NCBI GenBank assembly: GCA_965237525.1
Contig: CBDEFO010000002.1
Span: forward strand, 1-25,431
Length of the DNA: 25,431 nt
Source of the DNA: Candidatus Latescibacterota bacterium
GTDB lineage: Bacteria; Latescibacterota; CBDEFO01
Reading direction: 5' to 3'
Shown here: in pieces, positions 17,863-25,431 of the stretch
Position numbering within the stretch: position 1 is the stretch's first letter
Layout of the letters: each line of letters begins with the position of its first letter
Notes under the pieces: generated by a model
Database searches by the model: none
Seen by the model: the letters and a program-made list of their open reading frames with translations, nothing else
Told to the model about the DNA's origin: nothing
Position numbers and translations under genes: made by a program

Positions 17863-18139
17863 CTAACCCGAATAATTTACACAAAAGGGCCGTGTATTAA
17901 TTAAGGGATTGTATTATATTATAGTTATGTTGTTTAAGCGCCTTCGGTGTCATTGCGAGCCGAGGGCGAAGCAATCCCTCCGATAGATTTAATCGGGGGT
18001 TACTGTGGTAGATGTAATACTCTCCGGCTCTCATTGGAGACCACTATAAAACCTTGAGATTGCTTCCCCGATAGACTTAATCGGGGACCGCTTTGCTCCT
18101 CGCAATGACTCCATCAAGTTTATGAATTAATCGGGCTAA
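17863..18139. mobile_element. MITE-like element, copy 1
   Basis: Near-identical to 25044-25300; imperfect terminal inverted repeats CCCGAATAATTTAC / TATGAATTAATCGGG; CTAA on both sides; non-coding. Confidence 0.85.
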
Positions 18140-18153
18140 AAAGGGCACAGGAA

Positions 18154-19233
18154 GTGTTTGAAAAACTTCATAAAATAGAGGAACACTACGAAAAGATAGA
18201 AAAACTCCTGGGTGAACCCCAGGCTGTGAATGACCACAACCGCTATCAGGAGCTGGCCAAGGAGTATAGTGACCTGGGCAGGACTGTCTCAGTCTACAGG
18301 GAACATAAGTCCGTCTCAAATGACCTTTTAGAAGCCAAGGAGATTCTCAAAGATTCTCAAGATGGTGAGCTTGTGGAACTTGCCCGTGTAGAAGCTGAAG
18401 AATTGAAGGAAAAGGAAAAGCGGCTTGGAGAAGAACTCAAGATTCTCCTTATATCTAAAGATCCCGCTGATGAGAAGAACGCTATAGTCGAAATAAGAGC
18501 TGGAACCGGTGGGGAAGAGGCAGCCCTATTTGCGGCGGACCTCTACAGGATGTACTCCAGATATACGGAAAACAGAGGATGGCAGATCGAACACATAAGC
18601 TCACACCCGACGGGAATAGGTGGATTTAAGGAGATCATCTTTTCGGTCTCGGGCAAAAACGCCTATGGCGATCTGAAATACGAAAGTGGGGTCCACAGAG
18701 TTCAAAGGGTCCCCCAAACAGAATCGAGCGGGCGCATCCACACGTCCGCAGCCTCCGTCGCAATCCTCCCCGAAGCTGAGGAGGTGGATGTCGAAATAGA
18801 CCCTGAAGACCTCAAAATAGACTTCTTTCGCTCCTCAGGCCCCGGAGGTCAGAGTGTTAACACCACAGATTCAGCGGTCAGAATCACGCACCTTCCTACA
18901 AACGTCACCGTCCAGTGCCAGGATGAGAAATCCCAGCATAAGAACAGAGCAAAAGCCCTCAAAGTCCTCCGCTCCAGACTCCTGGATGCTGCTACCAGAG
19001 AACAACAGGAAAAACTTTCGTCCGACAGGAGAAGACAGATCGGGACAGGAGACAGGAGCGCAAAGATCAGAACATACAACTTTCCTCAAAACAGAGTTAC
19101 CGACCACAGGATCAATCTGACGCTCCACAAGCTCGAGGGCATCCTTGAAGGTGCAATTGATGAACTTGTAGACGCTGTGCGCATAGCTGACCAAGCCGAG
19201 AAGATAGCGCAATTAGACGATGGCGGAGAATAA
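18154..19233 (+). CDS. prfA: Peptide chain release factor 1
   Basis: [22 protein letters not shown] (PxT), [16 protein letters not shown]; followed by prmC. Confidence 0.99.
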   Translation: MFEKLHKIEEHYEKIEKLLGEPQAVNDHNRYQELAKEYSDLGRTVSVYREHKSVSNDLLEAKEILKDSQDGELVELARVEAEELKEKEKRLGEELKILLISKDPADEKNAIVEIRAGTGGEEAALFAADLYRMYSRYTENRGWQIEHISSHPTGIGGFKEIIFSVSGKNAYGDLKYESGVHRVQRVPQTESSGRIHTSAASVAILPEAEEVDVEIDPEDLKIDFFRSSGPGGQSVNTTDSAVRITHLPTNVTVQCQDEKSQHKNRAKALKVLRSRLLDAATREQQEKLSSDRRRQIGTGDRSAKIRTYNFPQNRVTDHRINLTLHKLEGILEGAIDELVDAVRIADQAEKIAQLDDGGE

Positions 19234-20137
19234 GAACTTCTCCACGATTGAATCTATCCGGGATGCCCTCAACAATGCAATCCAGTTTTTAAGTTCCCGA
19301 GACATTGAAAGTCCCCGGCTCAATGCAGAGAGGCTCCTTTGTCATGTTCTGGACGTTGACAGTTCGTTTGCTCTCTACCTTGAGCCCGATAGTATTCTAT
19401 CTCAGAACGAACTGGACTCTTATCATTATCTACTCAATAAAAGGATTAAAGGGATTCCACTCCAGTACATCGTTGGGAAGACGGAGTTTATGTCCCTTCC
19501 CTTCAAAGTCGAGTCCCCGATCTTAATCCCGCGCCCTGAGACTGAAATTCTCGTAGAAACCGTCCTCGACAGATTCAAAGGCAAAGAGAGTCGTCTACTT
19601 CTGGCAGCCGACATAGGTACAGGAGCAGGAAACATAGCTGTATCCCTTGCCCGCTACATCCACGGCATCCACATCTACGCCACAGACATATTCCTCCCAT
19701 CTCTCAGACTTGCCCGATACAATTCCCGACTCAACGATACCGCCTTTAAAATAACGTTCCTTCACGGCGACCTTTTCGATCCCTTCAAAAGATACGACCT
19801 CCAGAACAAATTTGACCTTATAATCTCCAATCCTCCATACGTAAGGAGGTCGGATATACCGCACCTTCTCGCCGAGATAAGAAATCACGAATCCCATAGA
19901 GCCATTGACGGCGGATACGACGGACTCGACTTCTACAGGAGGCTTATCCCCCAGTCCCTTGAATACCTCAAATCCGGCGGGATCCTCGCCTTAGAGATAG
20001 GGTTAGGACAGTCAGAATCCGTATTCCAGATAATCAGAGACCTCAAAGTGGTGCGACCACTTCGTGCTTTTACCCCTCCAAAGATCGTCAAGGACTTCAA
20101 TGGGATAGATAGGGTTGTCCTGGCGCATAAGATCTGA
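19220..20137 (+). CDS. prmC: Release factor glutamine methyltransferase
   Basis: [34 protein letters not shown]; overlaps the prfA stop. Confidence 0.97.
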   Translation: MAENKNFSTIESIRDALNNAIQFLSSRDIESPRLNAERLLCHVLDVDSSFALYLEPDSILSQNELDSYHYLLNKRIKGIPLQYIVGKTEFMSLPFKVESPILIPRPETEILVETVLDRFKGKESRLLLAADIGTGAGNIAVSLARYIHGIHIYATDIFLPSLRLARYNSRLNDTAFKITFLHGDLFDPFKRYDLQNKFDLIISNPPYVRRSDIPHLLAEIRNHESHRAIDGGYDGLDFYRRLIPQSLEYLKSGGILALEIGLGQSESVFQIIRDLKVVRPLRAFTPPKIVKDFNGIDRVVLAHKI

Positions 20138-20280
20138 AGAATTCCCTTTACATCATGCCCGATTTTCCGTATCGTTTAAATGTGGGGACAAGCTTACCTG
20201 GCCCCTATGAATCTCCCATTTCGAAAGCGGAAAGCCGACCATAGAGGTCCACACTCTGATCCTCAATCCGAAGACCCTAA

Positions 20281-21570
20281 ATGCCAACGGAGTGGTCACA
20301 CCACTTGAAAAGAGTTGTAGTCACAGGCATCGGACTCGTCACGCCCTTGGGATGTTCAAAAGAGATAGTCTGGAAGAACGTCTCACAGGGAATCTCAGGC
20401 ATCTCCCATCTGAAATGGGCGAAATACCCCTTCCCCGTCAAAATCGGAGCACAGGTTGGTGATTTTGAACCCGATCCCGGCGATAGCGGATATGATCGCT
20501 TTATCCAATTTGCCCTATCGGCAGCAAGACAGGCAGTAAAAGACGCAGGGCTTGCCCCCGATAGATTCAATCGGGGACTTGCCTTAGACTCCGATTCGAA
20601 AGAGCGCACAGGCGTCCTTATCAGCTCCAGCAAAGGCGGCGTATCCACCTTCGAAAAATATCACTCCCGCCTTTTGGGATCTGGCCCTTCATCGATTCCG
20701 AAAAACCTCTGGTTCAACATAAACCAGGCGTCCGCCTCTCAAGCTGTATCTAAACTTCTATCATCCCCGATAGATTCAATCGGGGATGATCGACGTTTAG
20801 AGGGACCTTCCTACGGCATAGTATCTGCGTGCGCCACCGGAGCTCATTCCATCATCTCGGCATCCCACCTGATAAGCGAGGGAAGAGCCGACTTAATGAT
20901 AGCCGGGAGCAGCGACGCCTCCTTGACTCCCCTGATATTAGGGGGCTTCAGCAAGATGGGAGCGTTATCCCAAAAAGCCTCCCGCCCATTTGATGCCGAA
21001 AGGGACGGATTCGTCCTCGGTGAAGGATGCGGCATCGTCGTCTTGGAATCCTTGGAGGGAGCGAAAAGGCGGAAGGCCAGTATCTATGGAGAGATACTTT
21101 CTACCGTGGCAATGTCTGAAGCCCATCACGTATCAGCTATCGAACCCGGAGGAAAGACTATAGGTCGAGCTGTCCAACTCGCTATACAGAGGGCTGATCT
21201 CTCCGCGAAAGATATAGATTATGTTAACGCTCATGCGACAGGGACGGTAGAAGGGGATATAGCTGAAACTTTAGCCATGAAAAGAGCGCTGGGAGAAAAT
21301 GCCTACAGTGTAGCCATAAGTTCGACCAAATCTATGATGGGGCATCTACTGGGGGCCGCTGGGAGCGTCGAGTTTATCGTATCTTTACTCTGTATGGAAA
21401 ACAACTACGTCCATCCAACTATAAATCTGGAAAATATAGATCCCCAATGCGACCTCGATTATACACCCAACGAAGGTGCCGCCAGGACCTTAAAAAATAT
21501 AATGTCCCTGTCTTATGGCTTTGGAGGACATATCGCTGTTCTGATAGCGGGCAAGCCTTTCAGTATATAG
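20281..21570 (+). CDS. fabF: Beta-ketoacyl-ACP synthase II-like protein carrying two in-frame palindrome insertions
   Basis: RVVVTGIG, catalytic SACATG, RDGFVLGEG, NAHATGT, STKSMMGHLLGAAG, SYGFGG. The true start could be the TTG near 20305. Confidence 0.9.
   Translation: MPTEWSHHLKRVVVTGIGLVTPLGCSKEIVWKNVSQGISGISHLKWAKYPFPVKIGAQVGDFEPDPGDSGYDRFIQFALSAARQAVKDAGLAPDRFNRGLALDSDSKERTGVLISSSKGGVSTFEKYHSRLLGSGPSSIPKNLWFNINQASASQAVSKLLSSPIDSIGDDRRLEGPSYGIVSACATGAHSIISASHLISEGRADLMIAGSSDASLTPLILGGFSKMGALSQKASRPFDAERDGFVLGEGCGIVVLESLEGAKRRKASIYGEILSTVAMSEAHHVSAIEPGGKTIGRAVQLAIQRADLSAKDIDYVNAHATGTVEGDIAETLAMKRALGENAYSVAISSTKSMMGHLLGAAGSVEFIVSLLCMENNYVHPTINLENIDPQCDLDYTPNEGAARTLKNIMSLSYGFGGHIAVLIAGKPFSI
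20556..20576. repeat. 21-bp mini-palindrome CCCCGAT-AGATTCA-ATCGGGG inside fabF, flanked by CTTGCC direct repeats
   Basis: CTTGCC at 20551-20556 and 20578-20583; net 27-bp (9-codon) addition. Confidence 0.92.
20760..20790. repeat. Second mini-palindrome inside fabF with stem extended to 12 bp
   Basis: ATCATCCCCGAT-AGATTCA-ATCGGGGATGAT. Confidence 0.92.
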
Positions 21571-21635
21571 TAATTAACCAGCAGAATTGCAGCTAGTACA
21601 TTGCGATCTTCGCGTCATTACTGTATAGTTGATGC

Positions 21636-22045
21636 ATGCTCATCCGTCGTTGCTGCGACAGTAAGAAATTTCGGAGACTTTCTACTGGCCAGAGACGATG
21701 CTAGCGGTGTGGTTTAACCAGAAGGTTTACCGAAACCAGCTGGCAGAAAACCAGAGTGTCTCCCTATTGGAGGGGCGGGCCGGTAGCGTTTTCTCTTTAG
21801 GTGTATCAGCAATTACTATTGAGATTCCCAGTGCCTTTAGATCCTAAGACGATTCAACGATGGTTTAGAATCCCTAGAGTGACAATCTACGATCAGTAGG
21901 CAAAGGAACTCTTAACTCTCTTAGGACAGATTGAGATGGATGAGACTATCTTTGGTGGTAGGCGATCTGGTAAGTGAGTTCGGGTAGCTTCAGGAAGACG
22001 TATGTTCTTTGGCATCTACCAGAGAAAAGGCCGTGTTCATCACAA
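21636..22045 (+). pseudogene. IS1595-family transposase remnant
   Basis: Zn-ribbon-like MLIRRCCDSKKFRRLSTGQRRC*RCGL, then GQIEMDETIFGGRRSGK*...FFGIYQRKGRV (ISXO2-like DET motif); stops, frameshifts and truncation. Confidence 0.8.
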
Positions 22046-22168
22046 CCTTTACATACTCACCCTCATTTTGGCTGCAGCTTCGTCACCTTGAGTCTGTACT
22101 TACTTATGAATGCGGCAATGTCCCATCACGAAGGTCCACCGCAGCGAATTCGTCGAACGACCAGAATC

Positions 22169-23800
22169 TCACTTGAGCTCCACCTTCTGCAGATCGCGCC
22201 GTGGGAGGATGAGGCTGACCGCCGTTCCCACCAGGATGCTCACCGTCAGCGACACCGGTCCAATCCACTGAAAGCTGATCGGGTCGACGCACGTCTTCCA
22301 AGGTTCGCCGCTGACCGGGTCGATCTTGGTAATGACTTCCACGTTAAACATTGCCGGATCAACACCGAATTGCGTGTGTAGCCAATAGACCAGCGGACCG
22401 GAAAAAGCGATCAACGCTGCGGAAACGATTGCCAGCACTGTTCCGATCCAGACCCCCGGCGCCGTCGCACGCCGCACGAACAGGGCGAAAAAGAAGAGCC
22501 CGAAAATGGGTGCCGTCAGCAGGTTGACCGTCTTGTTCGTCATGGCCGTAATGTTGCCGGGGATGTATCCCATGTAGGAGCTGCCCAGCACCACAGTCAG
22601 GCCAATGCCCAGCGCCAACAGCCGCGCCACGAGCACGTGACCCTTTTCGGTTCTTGGCTTCAAGCCGAATCGATCCAGAAAATCGGTCATGACGACAGCC
22701 GTGACCGAGTTGACTCCCGAATCGATACTCGACATGGCCGCCGCGAACATCGCCGCGACGACTAGCCCGGACACGCCCATGGGAAGATAAAAGGCAATGT
22801 AGTGCGGAAATAGATCATCGGCGTTGGCTTTCAGGTCCATGCCCTCCGGCAGATCACCGGAATTCGCTTGAAAGTAGCCCAACAGAGCGAATCCGACCAA
22901 GGTCAGCGTCAACCCGACGATCACGCCAACCGTCAGTTGCGTGGCCACTGCTCGGCGGGCCGCGCGGGGATCAGTCGTCGCCATAAAACGCTGGATGACC
23001 GTCTGATCCCCGCCAGCAGTACAAACGTACCAAGTAAGAACCGAAAGGATGGTACCAACACGGTGACACGGGTCTGTGGATCAAAGCTGAAGAAGGGCTG
23101 CGTATCCCAATTCGGGTGCCAAGTGGTGGGGAACCACCCCAATCCACCAAGACTCCAGCTGACGGTCAGAAGCACCAACAAGGCACCGCCAAAAAGCAGC
23201 ATGGTTTGCATGAAGTCGGTTACCACGATCGCCCGAAGACCACCCAGTGTGGTGTAGATCACCGACACCACTCCGGTTACAAGCACGATCAACCGTATCC
23301 ATTTGGGATCAACGCCCATCATCACCGTAAGTGCCTTGGCGGCCAGATAAACCAGCAGCGTCATCCAGAACAGACGCAGCGTAATGAACATCACCGCGCC
23401 TAACAGGCGTATACTCAACCCCAGCCTTTCTTCCAGCAACTCGTAGGCGCTGGTGACGCGGTGTCGCATATAAACTGGCAGCAGGACGTGCGCTATGATG
23501 AAATAGATCAGCGGGTAGCCTAACAGGCTGAACAGAATAACCGGTCCTTTGCCAGCGCTCTCGCCGGGGATCGACAAGTAGGAGATCGTGCTCAACAGCG
23601 TTGCGAACAGCGAAACGCCTATCAGGAGCGAGTTTATGTTGCCTCCACCGACGAAATACTCCTCGGTGGAATTCTGTTTGCGGCTGAAGTAGACTCCCAG
23701 ACCGATCGTGGAAATCGCGTAAATTGCGATCAGCACCCAATCCAGGGGCTGCAGGCCGACAGTTCTTATCACGGTCACTTGAGCCACCGCCTCGTCTGCC
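22169..23800 (-). pseudogene. Sodium:solute symporter family transporter, frameshifted and apparently 5'-truncated
   Basis: TEEYFVGG, SLFATLLSTISYLSIPG, TSAYELLEERLG, YTTLGGLRAIVVTD. A 1-bp loss near 23060 splits the gene; the restored frame reads GTILSVLTWYVCTAGGDQTVIQRFMAT, then AAAMSSIDSGVNS. No credible start codon. GC is visibly higher than the flanks. Confidence 0.88.
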
Positions 23801-24381
23801 AAGGCCGAGTCACCTGAGAGCTCCAAGAAAGCAGCACACAGGGCAAGAGGGTGTTTTAATACCTTAAAAGAGAGGCCCGCACCCCACCGAAACCTGGACA
23901 ATGCCTGGCTCCAAACACCGTCGAAACAGCATAGATTTAATCGTGCAGGTAATTTCATGGGTGCAACGAGCCGGTAAGTCTTGATAGGGGAAATGATCAC
24001 AAATCTAACAGTCAATTCCCAGTGGGGAAACCCTGGGCGTAGCGGTCCCCCAATCGCTCCACTCCGGTTGCCAACCTCGTTACGGAGCCGTTACGCCGTT
24101 GCCGTTCACAGGTGTTATTCCTAACCTTTGTTGGCGAGCGCCCTCTGCGGAAGTTCACGGCGAAATCGAGACTGGCATGGAACAAAACGGTCACTCTCTC
24201 CTCTAATCCGACATTCCCCATATCAAATTTATAAGGGATTATAATTAGCTAGCATCTTGTTCGTGAATGAATATTGCCACTTTTACATTTTTCAACAAGT
24301 ACTTTTTTCAATCAAAATAGCATTCTCCTCTGAATTATTACTTTCTTTTGTGCTTATATCTTCCAATTAGAGACACCTCTC

Positions 24382-24555
24382 AATGGAGACATGTGCACCG
24401 GAATTGACAGTTGTATGCTGACCAGTCCTGCTCGCCATGTACAGGGCTTTCGGAACTGTCCAAATCCAGAATGATTCGTCCCTTCTTGAATCCACAGTCC
24501 ACTTATATCTGACAGCCTGTTGAGATTTTCGAGCAGCGCCAGTATCTCTGTATTT
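24382..24555 (-). pseudogene. IS1380-family transposase fragment
   Basis: Minus strand reads TEILALLENLNRLSDISGLWI and, after a frameshift, RIILDLDSSESPVHGEQDWSAYNCQFRCTCLH, matching the IS1380 LDxDS...HGxQE...YN...CYHP motif. Confidence 0.75.
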
Positions 24556-24899
24556 ATGCTTTCACCCTCTGCATGATCAATATCTATCCGTATATAGTAT
24601 AAGATGTTCTGGGGACTTTACAAACATTTTTGGGGTCTAAGATGGGGAATGGCGAATAAATGGTATTGAAGAGTTTTGATAGTGCGCCAAGCATTGGGTC
24701 TATCACTGCCGAGGTGTGCCAACTCACTATTTCCATCTCTACCGAAAGGAGGTACAATGGCGATTAAATCTTCGTAACGAATACCTTAGTAAAACTGCTT
24801 CGAAGGTTACTTAATCAGCAAATTGTCAAAGAGCAAGTTTAGTTCAACCTTAATCGTGTATGACCTATTGTTTAACCCAATTGAAATTGCTCGATGGTT

Positions 24900-24970
24900 G
24901 AGATCGCTTCGCTGACCTTCGACTCGCTCCGGGCTTCTCCGATAGATTCAATTGGGGACTCTAAATGACA
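24900..24970. repeat. Degenerate half of the palindromic repeat holding a mini-palindrome (24937-24957)
   Basis: GAGATCGCTTCG...CTCCGATAGATTCAATTGGGGA-CTCTAAATGAC. Confidence 0.7.
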
Positions 24971-25043
24971 TAGCTTGTTGAAATCTTTGGGTGTTGCGCG
25001 CTGGAAACCCCCGACCCCGTCGGAGACGCAACGCGGAACAAAT

Positions 25044-25300
25044 CTAACCTGAATAATTCACAAAAAAAGGCCGTGTATTAATTAAGGGATTGTATTATAT
25101 TATAGTTATGTCGTTTAACCACCTTCGGTGTCATTGCGAGCTGAAGGCGAAGCAATCTCGATTCTGTGGTAGCTGTAATACTCTCCGGCTCTCATAGGAG
25201 ACCACTATAAAACCTTGAGATTGCTTCCCCGATAGACTCAATCGGGGGCCGCTTTGCTCCTCGCAATGACTCCACCAAGTTTATGAATTAATCGGGCTAA
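25044..25300. mobile_element. MITE-like element, copy 2
   Basis: CTAA-CCTGAATAATTCAC ... ATGAATTAATCGGG-CTAA; 20 bp shorter than copy 1 because it lacks one mini-palindrome. Confidence 0.85.
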
Positions 25301-25431
25301 TGATTTTCTGAAAACTCGTAAGAAAACTCCACGTTCCGAACCACAAGAACTATCAGAATTGTCGGGTAAAGGCACATGGTATCCACCCTTGATAAAGATA
25401 GAGAGAAGAGAGTCAAGGATCAAGACTGGGA

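Noticed and set aside
23931..23943. ATAGATTTAATCG, a partial match to the mini-palindrome
   Set aside because: The CCCC/GGGG arms are missing; it cannot be distinguished from chance, so it was not counted.
23820..24015. N-terminal extension of the 360-aa ORF (MTVRFVIISP...)
   Set aside because: Does not resemble SSS transporters and lies in compositionally different DNA; likely chance read-through upstream of a truncated gene.
24682..24716. GTGCGCCAAGCATTGGG resembles a group II intron 5' end
   Set aside because: The similarity is short, and no domain V/VI or reverse transcriptase sequence was seen.
25238..25423. ORFs 18077..18319 (-) and 25238..25423 (-) share the C-terminus [17 protein letters not shown]
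   Set aside because: The shared peptide is just translation of the MITE right end, not a gene family.

Overview
Bacterial chromosomal window. It has a housekeeping core (tRNA-Pro(GGG), comEC, a cold-shock protein gene, rho-rpmE-prfA-prmC, a fabF-like gene) mixed with accessory and decaying DNA. The accessory DNA includes: an IS1182-family transposase that appears to truncate a secreted glycoside-hydrolase-like gene; a 2.6 kb integrase-less islet at the tRNA-Pro 3' end (MetE-like gene plus DUF917 pseudogene); a putative HEPN-like defence gene; a three-domain pterin-binding/MetF/MetV-like fusion; a tandem Asp-box (BNR) gene pair with one dead copy; an HpcH/HpaI aldolase; a frameshifted sodium:solute symporter; and IS1595 and IS1380 remnants. 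The most unusual signal is a family of nested micro-elements. A 21-bp hairpin, CCCCGAT-AGAYTYA-ATCGGGG, occurs at least 6 times in one orientation, plus one nested variant. It sits in frame twice inside fabF and once in the BNR pseudogene. It is also present or absent at one site in two copies of a ~260-280 bp MITE that itself carries a larger palindromic repeat. A ~330 nt hairpin-rich tract between the csp gene and its terminator is a candidate structured RNA. All family assignments come from motif recognition by eye; no searches were run.
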